Below are positions 17,652 to 28,800 of a stretch of 64,000 nt of DNA, piece after piece. The stretch covers positions 3,218,829-3,282,828 of the forward strand of contig CAVZIK010000006.1 of the NCBI GenBank assembly GCA_963775295.1. The letters are read 5' to 3'. This DNA is from an uncultured Actinomycetes bacterium. Lineage in GTDB: Bacteria > Actinomycetota > Thermoleophilia > RBG-16-64-13. Each line of letters begins with the position of its first letter. The stretch's first letter is position 1. The translations under genes and the position numbers were made by a program. Under the pieces are notes generated by a model. That model was not told the DNA's origin. It was given only the letters and a program-made list of their open reading frames with translations, and did not search any database.

Positions 17652-18104
17652 TTGACCACGTGCACTGATACGCAGAAAAGCAGTTGGGTCTTTGTCGATG
17701 CAACGGTATTCGCAGTGTTCGCAGGGCTCTCGGAGGACCTTTGGGACCGGACCGTGTGCGGTTTCCTCGATCACAGCATGGGAGGAGCGGCGAGAATAGA
17801 ATCTGTGTCACTGTCTTCTTCGGAGGGCAAATCGTCTCTCAAGGTGCTCCTCACGCCCGACAAGCCCGCAGGCACAAAAGGGGCCTTGCTAAGAAACGTC
17901 GCTATCAGCGACTTTCGCAATGGCTATGTCACCGGGCTACTCCTTTCATTGCCCACCGTGCAAGCGCTCATGAACGAGTCAGGGGTTCCGCGAAATCTGG
18001 CCCCACGTAAGAGCCGGCTGTTGCGCGAACAGGCTGACGCCTTGAATCGACTGCTCGAGACAGCCGAGAGCCATTTGCGGCATTCTGAGACGAAACTCCA
18101 GTAG
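17652..18104 (+). CDS. Hypothetical protein
   Basis: 150-aa ORF filling an otherwise empty gap, with GGGAG upstream of a TTG start. No recognised motif. Confidence 0.4.
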   Translation: MTTCTDTQKSSWVFVDATVFAVFAGLSEDLWDRTVCGFLDHSMGGAARIESVSLSSSEGKSSLKVLLTPDKPAGTKGALLRNVAISDFRNGYVTGLLLSLPTVQALMNESGVPRNLAPRKSRLLREQADALNRLLETAESHLRHSETKLQ

Positions 18105-18189
18105 AAGCCCGGTTGGGGAAGTGCGGCGGCGATGTGTTGATCGGCAGGTGTCCGGGTAGATCAACGCCAGCAAGCGTTTGGAGGCCATT

Positions 18190-18369
18190 GTGAGCTCAAC
18201 AAGACTGTACGTGGGCAACCTCAGCTATTCCACGTCTGAAGAAGCCCCCAGGAACCTTATCGACCCGGACGGCGAAGTCGTCTCGGTCAATCTCATCACT
18301 GATCGAGACTCCGGGCGACCCAAGGGCTTCGGCTTCGTGGAGACGGCTTCCATGGAGGCCCGAAAGTAG
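18190..18369 (+). pseudogene. Truncated RRM (RNP) RNA-binding protein
   Basis: RLYVGNLSY (RNP2) and ITDRDSGRPKGFGFVE (RNP1), then a stop before helix 2 and the last strand. Degenerate APRNLIDPDG segment. Confidence 0.8.
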
Positions 18370-18376
18370 TGGCCCC

Positions 18377-19258
18377 GTGAAACGCGTGTGTGCCTGGTGC
18401 GACGCCGAGCTTGAGTGCAGCCCCGAGGACGAGACCATTGTTCACGTCACTCATGGGATCTGTGCGAAGTGCACAGCCTTGATCGAGAGCAGTGAGTTCA
18501 CGGCCCTCGGGATCCGGTTGGAGGCTTGGACGAACGGTCCCACCCTTGCTCTGAAAGGCGAGGTCGATCATGAAAACGTTGGTCAACTTGTCGAGGTACT
18601 GCGGGAAACCATCGGGGAGGAGAGCCGGAGCATCGTCTTGGACCTTTCCCAAGTCAGCTACGTAGACAGTGCCGGGATCGCTGCCATCTACGAACTCCTC
18701 GAAAACGTACAGGGGGCAAAGGAAGTCCAAATGACGGGGCTCACTTCGAATCTCTGGCGTATCTTTCAGATCTCGGGTCTGACTGCGTTAGCTGGCGTAA
18801 GCATCACCCCTCAGGGCGAGAACCCATCCCGCGACTCGTCGCCCAGCCTGCCCCGAACAAGGCGCCGAGGCACGGTGCTTCCCCGCACCACCCTTTTCGC
18901 GGGACGACTCGACCAACTGGCCCGAATACGCAATTTCGCCGGCAAGGTCGCCGGAGAAGCCCGCCTGGAACCAGAGAGGATCTTCGATCTGCAGGTGGCC
19001 GTCTCTGAAGCCTCCGCGAACGCCATCGAACACGGACTGCCAGCGGGCGATCTATCGATTTCGGCCTCCTGCAAAGATGGCTGGCTCACTATCGTTGTCT
19101 CTCACCCGGGTTATTTTCAGGCTCGGTCAGGGCAGGACCCGGCGAGGAGCCATCGGGGGATGGGGATGCCTCTGATGCTCGCCCTCACCGATGAGATCAC
19201 CGTAAGTCATCCCCCCGGGGCCGGGACCAGCGTATTTCTATCCTTGTATTTGGGATAG
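18377..19258 (+). CDS. Fusion: Cys/His zinc-finger-like + STAS + RsbW-like HATPase
   Basis: CAWC...THGICAKC; LKGEVD...VLDLSQVSYVDSAGI; DLQVAVSEASANAIEHG...GMGMPLM. Confidence 0.85.
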   Translation: MKRVCAWCDAELECSPEDETIVHVTHGICAKCTALIESSEFTALGIRLEAWTNGPTLALKGEVDHENVGQLVEVLRETIGEESRSIVLDLSQVSYVDSAGIAAIYELLENVQGAKEVQMTGLTSNLWRIFQISGLTALAGVSITPQGENPSRDSSPSLPRTRRRGTVLPRTTLFAGRLDQLARIRNFAGKVAGEARLEPERIFDLQVAVSEASANAIEHGLPAGDLSISASCKDGWLTIVVSHPGYFQARSGQDPARSHRGMGMPLMLALTDEITVSHPPGAGTSVFLSLYLG

Positions 19259-19263
19259 AAGCT

Positions 19264-22200
19264 CTAGGGGACGCGTCGGACAACGAGTACCGCCACATCG
19301 TCCGTGAGGTCCCCCCCGCAGAACTCGGATGCCTCGTTCAGCAGGGCCTCGGCCATGGCCTGGGCGCTACCACCCACAAGGCGTTCCACCGCCTCCAGAA
19401 GTCTTGCCTCCCCGAAGAGATCGTCCCCCCGTCTTGCCTCCGTCAGCCCGTCGGTATACATGACGAGGGTCTCCCCTGTCCCAAGGGAGTCGGCGCGGGC
19501 GTGGTAGGGGGCCACGGCAAAGCCGAGTGGCGGAGCGGACGGGTGCTCGAGAATACGACACGAGCCCGCGCACACGATTCCCGGGGGGTGCCCTGCGCCC
19601 GCTATCTCCAGTTCGCCGGTCTTCCTGTCGAGTACGACAAGCAGGCCGGTGGCCGCCCGAGTTCCTCCATCGGTCTCGCGTACGATCCTGCCCACTGTAT
19701 CGAGAATGACGCCGGGAGACGGCTCTAGAAGCGCAACCGCTCGAGTTGAGGCGCGAATGACGTCGGTAAGTTCGGCCGCCGCCAGCCCTTTTCCCATCAC
19801 GTCCCCCACAAGAAGGACGGCGTTATCTCCGTCGATGGGAAAGACCTCATAGAAGTCTCCTCCCACGTTCTCGACCTCAGAGGCCATGTGGACGGCCGCG
19901 GCTATTTCAAGTCCGGCAAGTCGCGGCACCCTGGGGCTGAGACGCCTTCTTAAACTTTCCGCCAATCTATGTTCGGCCTGGAAGAAACGGGCATTCTCCA
20001 GCCCGAGTGAAGTGGCCGCCGACAATTTGACCAGGAAATCCTGTTCTTCAGGACTAGGCTCACGATTACTCTCGGTGAAGCCCAGCAGCAGAATCCCGGA
20101 AAGGGCACCGCCGAGCAAGAGGGGGACGAGAAACACGGACGAGATACCGCTCTGCTTTAGAAATGCGTGGTCCAAGCGATGGTCCCGCGGGTCGTTAAGT
20201 GTGAGCGGTTCCATGCTTATTGCCCGCGCCGGAAAAGCTTGAGCTTCTTCCGCGCCCCAGGATTGTCCGATGAGTTCGGGGCCAAACCCGAGGATGTGGC
20301 CGATCCGCCAACCGTCCTTGACTTGAAAGGAACAAAGCGCGCGATCCGCAGCGAGAGCACCGGCCGCCTTTTCAATAATGACCCCCATGTCGTCCTCGAC
20401 GTTTCGGGAGGTGGCGATTTCCGCGAGGATTTCGCTAAGCACGGACCTCATCTCTTTGGCCCCGAGCAGTTCAGCGTGGAGCCCGGCGTTTTCGAGAGCA
20501 AGCGAGATGCTGGCACCGAGTTTGACGGCGAAGTCGAGTTGGGCCTCGGTGAAAGCCATCGGCCCGGATAAACAGTCGAGTAAGAGAACCCCCAGGGTCC
20601 TGTCCTTTGTCATAAGTGGGATGACGAGCTCTGAGCGAACATCAAATCGGGCAAGAAAGGCAGGAGTCACCCTCTCATCGGTCGCGGTGTCATCGATTGC
20701 GACCGGTAGTCTCTCGCGCGCCGCCTGGGCCGCCTGGGGCAGTTCGTCACCCTCAATGTGGGTTCCCACCAGACGGCTGGAGTGGCCTTGCACGTAGCGG
20801 ATCGTCCAACCAGAGCCGCTGGCGAGGAGAACGGCCGACTTTTGAGCATCCAGGGCATTCCCGGCCCGCTCCATGACCCGGCGCATGATCTCGTCGAACT
20901 CGAAGGTGGAATGGATGGAGACGTCGATATCATTGAGCGCGTCTCCCAAGTGTTTGGACTCCGCGGTCCGCTCAAGAGCGCGTTTGAGTTCGTCGACGTC
21001 AATGAAGCTAAGGACGGCGCCTTCCACACGTCCCTCGACCGTCTTGTACGGGCGCACTCTCACCGAGTACCAGCGACCATCCTCATCCTGGACTTCACGA
21101 ACCGATGGACTGAGCGAGTCGATGGCCACGTGCAGGAATTCGTCTAGGTCGGGTATGGTGATTTTTGGCTTGATCTCGCTCAGGCGTCGACCGATATCTG
21201 AGGGCACCACGTGTAGGACGGCCTCGGTGCCGGGAGTGTAACGGCGAAGGCGCATGTCCCCATCCAGCATGACGATGGGGATGACAACGCTTGCAAGAAG
21301 GTTGGCGAGATCATCATAGGCTTGGCTGAGCTCGGCGTTGCGGGCGATGATCTCGTCATTGACAGTGCTTAGCTCCTCGTTTATCGACTGCAGCTCCTCC
21401 TTCGCCGTTTCCAATTCCTCGTTTGTGCTCTGAAGCTCTTCGTTACTCGATTGGAGTTCTTCGTAGGCCGCACGGAGTTCTTCGGTCCCCACATCCTTCT
21501 CGACGATCACCGACTCGAGATGCTCGCGAGAAGCTTCGAGCTCTCTTCTCAGGAGATCGACCTCTTGCTCGTCGCCGACTTCAGTCGGCGCGGGAATCTC
21601 CCCCTCCGCTGCCGGCCTGGCACCTTGTCGACCGGGCTCCCCAAAAGAGACGACAAAGTAGATGCGCCCGTCGGCGGACCGAAAGGGAGTGACCTCGAGA
21701 TCGACTGGCCGTCGAGCGCCGTTCGCACGCACCTTGACGCCAGCTTTTCGGGCCGGGGCCTGGGTCTCACCGGCCTCCTTAAGAGCGCTCCTCAGATCGT
21801 GGGCGAGTCCTTCGCGGGCCATTCGAAAGAGGTCAAGCGAAGCGCGCCCCGGAGGGTGTTCGAGGTAGCCGGCCGTCGATCCGCGGAAAGAGAGCACGCG
21901 ATAGCTGTCGTCGACAACAACGCTCGCCGGCGCGTAAGCTTTGGCGAGAGCTTCATCCGCCTCATGCTGGAGGTCGTGAGAATCAAGCGGCTTCTCCTCG
22001 CGAACCAAGGCGCGGGCCGAGCCGCCCACGGCGAACATGGAGCCGGGCCGGCCAAGACTCAGGGGAAGCGTCGGGGGCACATCCCTACGGGAGTAGACGT
22101 GATGTTTCTTATCTAGGAGGTCAAAAAGCTTGTTTTCGGCCCCGACGGTCTCGGCGCGACCGAGCAGAAGAACGCCCTTCGGCGCGAGCGCGTAGTGAAA

Positions 22201-23520
22201 TAGGGGAATCACCCGCTCCTGAAGAACCCTGTCGAAGTAGATAAGTACATTGCGGCAGCTCACGAAATCCATGCGTGAAAAGGGCGGGTCGCGGGTGAGG
22301 TCGTGCTTGGCAAACGTGCACAGATCGCGCACACTCTGCTTGACACGGTATCCCCCCCCGGTCTTTACAAAGAAGCGACGCAGACGCTCCGGCGAGATGC
22401 CGGAGACGATGCTCTCCGGATAAAAACCCGCCCGGGCCTGCTCGATGTCTCGCTCGTTGATATCGGTACCAAAGATTTGGACGGCGAACGACGAAGCCTC
22501 GCCCAGATATTCGAGCAGCGACATAGCAAAACTGTAGGCCTCTTGCCCGGACGAGCAGCCGACCACCCAGAGGCGCAAAGCCGAGCCCGGCTCTTTGTCC
22601 TCGGTCAGCCGGGGAAAGATCCGAGTTTGGACGTACTCGAACGTTTCCGGCTCACGGAAGAATTCGGTCACCATGATAAGAACGTCTTGGTAGAGGGCCT
22701 CGACCTCTTCTGGATTCTTCTCGAGGAAGCCCACGTAGCCCGCGAGGTCCTCGATCCTTCTGATGAGCATGCGACGGGCTAGTCTGCGTCCAAAGGTGGA
22801 GCGCTTATATCCACTGAAGTCCATGCCCGTTTGGCGCCTGAGGATGAGAAACACCTGCCGGAGCATGTCTTCCTGGCTGCCGCCCTCGACGGCCACGGCC
22901 AGTCTCGGTGTCCCGACCAAATATGTCTGACCGCCGAGACGCACGAGCTCGCGGGCAATATCTCGAGGGTTGAGCACATAGTCGGCCGCGCCTGATTCGA
23001 TGGCGTGACGAGGCATGTCGGCTTGGCCCGCTCCCGCGGGATCCTGGACGAAGGTTAAACCGCCTTCGCTCTTTATGGCTCTCAGTCCAGCCGTTCCGTC
23101 GGAACCGGCGCCGGAAAGGATGACCCCGATGGCGCGCTCGTTGATATCCGCCGCAAGAGAGCAAAAGAAACGATCGATGGGAAGATGACGAGCGAGTTCA
23201 GGCGAGCGGGGCACAAGAACCAGTTTGCCCGCCATGATCTCAAGATCACCCGCCGTCGGGATGACGTAAATGTGGTTCGGCTCTACCGAGAGACCATCAG
23301 AGACCTCGACAACAGGCATGACGCTCGCGCGCCCAAGGATCTCCGAGAGCAGACTCTTGCCTTCTCGGGGCAGGTGCTGAACCAGAACAAAGGCCATGCC
23401 CGTGTCCGCGGGAAGATCCTGGATAAGCGCGGTGAAGGCTTCAAGGCCCCCGGCCGAAGCGCCGATGCCCACAATTGGGAACCCTTGCCTGATACCACTG
23501 CGCTCGCGGCGAGCCGCCAT
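19264..23520 (-). CDS. CheB-CheR-coiled coil-PAS-GAF-GAF-PP2C (SpoIIE) fusion, 1418 aa
   Basis: GIGASAGG/VQHL/GSDGTAG CheB triad; VTEFFRE, GCSSGQEAYS, CRNVLIYF CheR motifs; EELQSSNEELQSTNEEL coil; VGGDFY, VGDVMGKG, YTDGLTE, DD PP2C motifs. Confidence 0.93.
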   Translation of the reverse strand: MAARRERSGIRQGFPIVGIGASAGGLEAFTALIQDLPADTGMAFVLVQHLPREGKSLLSEILGRASVMPVVEVSDGLSVEPNHIYVIPTAGDLEIMAGKLVLVPRSPELARHLPIDRFFCSLAADINERAIGVILSGAGSDGTAGLRAIKSEGGLTFVQDPAGAGQADMPRHAIESGAADYVLNPRDIARELVRLGGQTYLVGTPRLAVAVEGGSQEDMLRQVFLILRRQTGMDFSGYKRSTFGRRLARRMLIRRIEDLAGYVGFLEKNPEEVEALYQDVLIMVTEFFREPETFEYVQTRIFPRLTEDKEPGSALRLWVVGCSSGQEAYSFAMSLLEYLGEASSFAVQIFGTDINERDIEQARAGFYPESIVSGISPERLRRFFVKTGGGYRVKQSVRDLCTFAKHDLTRDPPFSRMDFVSCRNVLIYFDRVLQERVIPLFHYALAPKGVLLLGRAETVGAENKLFDLLDKKHHVYSRRDVPPTLPLSLGRPGSMFAVGGSARALVREEKPLDSHDLQHEADEALAKAYAPASVVVDDSYRVLSFRGSTAGYLEHPPGRASLDLFRMAREGLAHDLRSALKEAGETQAPARKAGVKVRANGARRPVDLEVTPFRSADGRIYFVVSFGEPGRQGARPAAEGEIPAPTEVGDEQEVDLLRRELEASREHLESVIVEKDVGTEELRAAYEELQSSNEELQSTNEELETAKEELQSINEELSTVNDEIIARNAELSQAYDDLANLLASVVIPIVMLDGDMRLRRYTPGTEAVLHVVPSDIGRRLSEIKPKITIPDLDEFLHVAIDSLSPSVREVQDEDGRWYSVRVRPYKTVEGRVEGAVLSFIDVDELKRALERTAESKHLGDALNDIDVSIHSTFEFDEIMRRVMERAGNALDAQKSAVLLASGSGWTIRYVQGHSSRLVGTHIEGDELPQAAQAARERLPVAIDDTATDERVTPAFLARFDVRSELVIPLMTKDRTLGVLLLDCLSGPMAFTEAQLDFAVKLGASISLALENAGLHAELLGAKEMRSVLSEILAEIATSRNVEDDMGVIIEKAAGALAADRALCSFQVKDGWRIGHILGFGPELIGQSWGAEEAQAFPARAISMEPLTLNDPRDHRLDHAFLKQSGISSVFLVPLLLGGALSGILLLGFTESNREPSPEEQDFLVKLSAATSLGLENARFFQAEHRLAESLRRRLSPRVPRLAGLEIAAAVHMASEVENVGGDFYEVFPIDGDNAVLLVGDVMGKGLAAAELTDVIRASTRAVALLEPSPGVILDTVGRIVRETDGGTRAATGLLVVLDRKTGELEIAGAGHPPGIVCAGSCRILEHPSAPPLGFAVAPYHARADSLGTGETLVMYTDGLTEARRGDDLFGEARLLEAVERLVGGSAQAMAEALLNEASEFCGGDLTDDVAVLVVRRVP

Positions 23521-23554
23521 GGCCGCTTCCTCTCACTTGTCGGGCCGAGTTCGA

Positions 23555-25003
23555 TCACTTCATTCTACGCGCACTTCCCGAGTGCGGAGGACGTCGCTCT
23601 TCGGCCTTCGCTTCGCTCCCCAGGCGCCACACGGACGGACTAAACCCGGCCACGCCGACCACACCCACGATGACGATACCGGCGCCGAGCAAGACCGCGG
23701 TCACACTCACTTGTATGAGGGCGCCGGCAAAAGCGTTCGAAAGCGGGGCAAGGCCCACCACTGCGAACATGAGGAGACTCATCGTCCGACCGAGGAGGCG
23801 CGGAGGGGTCCGCTCCTGAAGCCACGTGATGAACTGAATGACCAAATAGCCTTGCGCCAGCCCCATCACCATCGAAACGATCGCGGCGGGCGCAACCGTC
23901 GGTATGACCCCGAGAAGCATCATGCTCACCCCCATAAGAGCGGGCAAGCCAAGCATGAGGGCGGGAAATCTGCGCGCCGAAGGCCTGCCGCTCAAGCCGG
24001 CGACCAGCACGCCGACCAGAGAGCCACCGCCGAAAGCCGAAAGGATGACGCCGAAAGCCGTGGCCCCTTGGGAATACCGGGTATTCGCCAAGACCGGGAT
24101 GCCCACCGAGAACGGACCGGTGATGAAGAAGGTCACGGCGGCGATCAGCACGAAGTAGTAGCGAAGGACCCGGTCCCTCCAAATGACCCCGAGTTCTTCA
24201 GCGATGGAGGACAGTACCGTCGTTTCTTTGGCGACGGTTTCAGGTCTGTCGTCCAGACGCATGAGGGCGAGCGCGGCAATCGAAGCCAGAAAGCTTAGAG
24301 CGTCTATCGCGAAGGCCCAGCCAATGCCACGAACATCCTGATTCGCGGCAGTGGTTCCTCCTTCCAGGGCGGCGACGAGCACGCCGGCCAGGGCCGGGCC
24401 TAGAAACATGGAGAGTTGCGCCGTACCTTGGATAATGGCGTTGCCCGTCTGGAGACGATCGCGTCCGATCAGCCTGGGAACGATGGATGACTGAGCCGGG
24501 AAGAAGAAAGCGTCGGCCAATCCGAACAACAGGGCGAAGAGATAGATCATCCAGAGTTGAACGACGCCTGTGAGGGTAAGAGCGGCAAGTGTTGCCACCA
24601 TGGCCAGCCGCCCCAGATTCGAGCCGAGCATCACCACTCGCGGGGAGAAGCGGTCGGTAAACGCTCCTCCCGGCAGCATGAAAAGCGCGCGCGGAATGGC
24701 GACCAGCGCGAGGACGGTCCCGATGGCGAGCGCACTGCCCGTGAGACGGAGAACAAGCCATGGCAACGCTACAAGGTAGAACTGGTCTCCGAACAGGGAG
24801 ATTCCCTCACCCGTCCATAGTAAGCGGAAGTTCCGATTGCCGAGAATATCCCGCACCGCGCCCAGCGGGCCCGGCCCCGGGGATCTCTCGCCTTCCCGCT
24901 TGGATGTTGCCCCTATGTCTCTCCTCGGCCCACCGTCCTCATACCCGATCGCACACCTCCCGTCTGGGGCCCTATTCTCGTCAATCCTGCCCGACCTCTC
25001 CAA
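23555..25003 (-). CDS. MFS transporter (DHA3/macrolide-efflux-like)
   Basis: RNFRLLWTGEGISLFGDQ, GAFTDRFSPR, about 12 TM segments. Start uncertain. Confidence 0.9.
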   Translation of the reverse strand: MERSGRIDENRAPDGRCAIGYEDGGPRRDIGATSKREGERSPGPGPLGAVRDILGNRNFRLLWTGEGISLFGDQFYLVALPWLVLRLTGSALAIGTVLALVAIPRALFMLPGGAFTDRFSPRVVMLGSNLGRLAMVATLAALTLTGVVQLWMIYLFALLFGLADAFFFPAQSSIVPRLIGRDRLQTGNAIIQGTAQLSMFLGPALAGVLVAALEGGTTAANQDVRGIGWAFAIDALSFLASIAALALMRLDDRPETVAKETTVLSSIAEELGVIWRDRVLRYYFVLIAAVTFFITGPFSVGIPVLANTRYSQGATAFGVILSAFGGGSLVGVLVAGLSGRPSARRFPALMLGLPALMGVSMMLLGVIPTVAPAAIVSMVMGLAQGYLVIQFITWLQERTPPRLLGRTMSLLMFAVVGLAPLSNAFAGALIQVSVTAVLLGAGIVIVGVVGVAGFSPSVWRLGSEAKAEERRPPHSGSARRMK

Positions 25004-25042
25004 GCTTCCTTGCCCCTTCGCACCTTGGGCAGAGCGGTTTGC

Positions 25043-25714
25043 CTAGTTTGAACTGAAGGAGAGCGTTCGAACAATCGCCTCCAGATAGCCCTCGAACTTC
25101 GCCTTATCGAACTCGACGACAGTCCCGGGGTCATAGTTGCCGATGTTCGTGGAATGAAGAAGTTCAGCGATTTCGAAGCAGGTGCCATTGCGGACCGCCC
25201 GATAGATCCGCTCCTCATAGAAATTGCCCGCCCCGGCGTCCTGTGATGTAAAGACGGCGAATGAAAGCCCGTTGATCTCCACCACCCCCACCGATACCTC
25301 GCCGGCCTCGGTCAGCGGCTGATTCCATTTAGCGACAATGGCCGGAGACGAGTTCGCCCCAATGTAGACACCGGCTTCGCCAAGATTCGTACCCTTGAAG
25401 AGTTCACTGGGAAGTGTGAATGCCACCACGGAGGTCTGGGTGAGCGGAACGTATTGTTCGAAGCCCTCTGTCTTCACTTCACTCGTCTGCGGCCGCTCCA
25501 GCGAAAACCCGAACTGCGCGTTCTCATATCGAACCGACGCCACGCCGGGGATGATCTCAGGCACCGTGACCGTCGTGACCGGCGCTGGGACGGTGGTAGA
25601 CGAGGCCACGGTGCCGGTCGACGAAACCGGCTGGCCTCCCCCGCACGAAACCAAACTGACACAACCGACCGCGATTAGACCTGTAGCCACGATCGTGTTC
25701 CACCATTTCTTCAC
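25043..25714 (-). CDS. Hypothetical lipoprotein
   Basis: Signal peptide MKKWW..., lipobox LVSC, Ser/Thr linker, YENAQFGFSLERP. Confidence 0.75.
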   Translation of the reverse strand: MKKWWNTIVATGLIAVGCVSLVSCGGGQPVSSTGTVASSTTVPAPVTTVTVPEIIPGVASVRYENAQFGFSLERPQTSEVKTEGFEQYVPLTQTSVVAFTLPSELFKGTNLGEAGVYIGANSSPAIVAKWNQPLTEAGEVSVGVVEINGLSFAVFTSQDAGAGNFYEERIYRAVRNGTCFEIAELLHSTNIGNYDPGTVVEFDKAKFEGYLEAIVRTLSFSSN

Positions 25715-25863
25715 GTCGACACCCCTTCACCATGACTCGATCGCACCATGATACGTCCGGTATCTACCCGAGAACGGGTTTTTCGTCAATGAGATCAAAG
25801 CGCTGGTGCGGTTCTCACGGCAGGCGATGGCAAGCAACCGAACTGCGCTCCGGTCATTCCGCC

Positions 25864-28800
25864 TTACGAATCCTCACTCACGTAGCCAACCGCCAGCAGG
25901 CAAGCATCGTCTCGAAGATGTCCGCCGGAAAACAGGAGAACCTCCTCCAGTAGTGCAGAAGCGAGCGTCTCGATCGGCTTGCCGGACGTCCGCCCGAGCC
26001 ACTCGGCGAGCCTCTCCTCCCCGAAGAATTCGCCATTTTGGCGCGCCTCGGTTATGCCGTCAGTGTAGAAGAGGAGCAGACTTCCCTTTTCGACGCGGGT
26101 TTGGGTGTCCCCGTACTGTGCCTCTCCGTAGACTCCAAGCGGCGGACTCGGTGATTCGAGCAAGGTGACTCGACCTTGTGCGAAGACCATTGGTGGAGGA
26201 TGTCCGGCCGACGAGTACGTGAGACTCCCACGCTCCGGGTCCAAGAAGCCCAGAAACGCAGTCACAAAGCCAGACAACCCTTTTTCGACAAGCAGTCGAT
26301 TGGTTTCCCGCAGCACAAGGTGAGGGTGGGCGAACTGGTGCGCGAACGCGTGGACCGTGTCTTTGACCAATGTTGCGATCCGAGCCGCCTCCACCCCGTG
26401 CCCGGAGACGTCTCCGATAAGAAGCCCAATGCGACCGTTCTTCGCGGCGAAGACGTCGTAGAAGTCTCCGCCCACCTGGGCTTGCAGAGTTGCGGAGCGA
26501 TACAGATGGTCGAATTTGACCCCGGGCAGTCCCTTGGGAATATCGAGCAGGGTCTCCTGCAACCGAAGGAAGAGGGAACTCTTCTCTTCCAGGAGCCTCT
26601 CGGTCTCCTCTTGGGCGGCCCGCAATTCCTCGTTTTGGGCCTCCAGCTCCTCCCCCCTTGCGGCGAGCTCCTCAGTCATATCGAGAAGCTCCTTGTTGGA
26701 TGCGGCCAGCGCGGAAGACGCCTCTTGGAGCTGAAGAATCAGCCTCTCCCTCTCGCTCTCGGCCTCGGCGTGACGAGCGCGCAAACGCAGGCTGACAATG
26801 CCGGTGGCAAGATCGTCGGCGAACTCGCCCAGCAACTCCATCTCGTCATCGAGAAACGCATCGGGTTCATTTGCGTAGATCGCGAGGGCCCCGAAGGTGA
26901 CGCCACCTTCGGTCAGCGGAAGGGCGACGGACGAGGCATAGCCCCGCTGTCTCGCTCTCTCGCGCCAGGGCGCGAACGCGGGGTCGGTCAGCGTGTTGCG
27001 GCAGACGCACCGCCTTCCAGTGCGAATGGCAACTCCGCTAGGCCCTTGTCCCCTTTCGTCGTCGGACCAGGTGATGTCGAGCGTCTCCAGATATCCCTCC
27101 TCAAAGCCGGCACTGGCGACGGGTCGAACCCTCTTGGCCTCGTCCTCCTTGTAGCCTATCCACACCATCGAGTGCCCGCAGTCTTCCACGATTATCCGGC
27201 ACGCATCTCTTAGGTACGCGTACTCATCCGCGGCCTTCATGAGAGCCTGGTTGCTATTACTGAGGGCGTTCAACGAACCGTTCAGCTTGAGCAGCCGCTC
27301 CTGGGCTTGCTTGCGGTCGCTGATGTCATGGATGACAGAAAAGAGCAGCTCATCACCCTGCACCTCGATTGGCGCTGAGTGCACCTCCACCCACCTTCTC
27401 TCGCCTCCCGCCGCCCGGTGGGGAAAGACGAAGTCATTCTGCTGCTCAGCCACCGCCTTACCGTACTCGGCGGCCACTTCCTCACGCGGCAGTTCGTTTA
27501 GGTCGTGGATGCTAAGGGTGCGCAACTGGTCCCGGGAATAGCCGTAGAATCGGGCGGCGGCAGCGTTGCCATCGACAACGGCGCCGGTCTTTGGATCGAC
27601 AAGAAGCATCACCGCGTTGTGGCGTTCGAACATCAAACGGAAGCGCTCCTCACTCACCCTGAGCGATTCAAGAAGAGTGTCACGTTCAGCAACGGCTCGG
27701 GCCAGAGTAATGCTGCTGTAACTCTCTCTTGACACCATCTGGGCAAGCTTGGCAAAGAAGCCCATACCCGTCTCGAGCGCCTCCCGGCTGAGGCGGGGAA
27801 CGCAGTCCAGAGCAGCGAGGTACTCCTGCTCGTCAAATCCATAGGTCTGCGCCTGAGAGCGGAAGAGATCCCGGTCGATTGGCTCTTCTTCGAAGAAGAA
27901 CTGCCCGGAGAACACATTGCCCACATGCTTTCCGCCCACGAAAATGGGAGTAGAGACATCCCACATATGGTTCTTACATTTGTAGAGATGGAACTCGCCT
28001 TCTGGAACACCGGTGGTGAGAAGGGTGTCACTCTCGATGCAATTCATACGAGTTTGGGGATGCACGCGATGAAACCTCGTGCAGATCTCAGACCATCCGG
28101 AGCCGACGAGGACGTTACCTTCAAGATCGATAATGGCGAGCGGGATACACGCAAGGCGGTTGAAATCATCCAGGAAGGATTGGAGCGCGGAAGAGTCGAT
28201 GATGTCGGCAAGCTCCAACTCGCCTATGTCTCCCCCGGGCGAGAGAAGACTTGCCAGTTTGCGGCGTACGCGGTCTTGCGTCTCCCTCAGTCCCTCCTCG
28301 GCCTGCTTGCGCTCGGAGATGTCCCGCATGACCACCTGCACCGCGAGTCTTCCACCGAACTCCACCCTCGACCCTGTAACCTCGACGGTGACCGGAGCCC
28401 CATCCAGACGCAGCAACCGAACCTCCCGGGGGGGAGATATGGCCCCCGAGAGGATTTGGCCGGTACGCTCGGCCACAAGTTCCCGATCCTCGGGATGGAC
28501 GTGCCGTAACACGCTTCTGCCAACGACCTCGCTTGGTGAACCGGCGCCGAAAAGGTTAGCCGCAGCCGGGTTCGCAAAGACGTAGGCGCCGTCCAGGTTG
28601 ACGAGGATCGCATCCGGGCTGAGATCCACAAGATTCCGATATCGGTCCTCCGCTTCCCGCGCTTCAGTCTCGCCGGTCGAATTCGGAGCTGCGCCTTGAA
28701 CGCTGTGCGCGTCGCCCAACCGTGTCGGGTCCCAGTGGCTGTGAGCCTCCAGAAAAAAGGTCAACGAGACCCGGGTCCTATCCTGGGGCAGTCTCGATAC

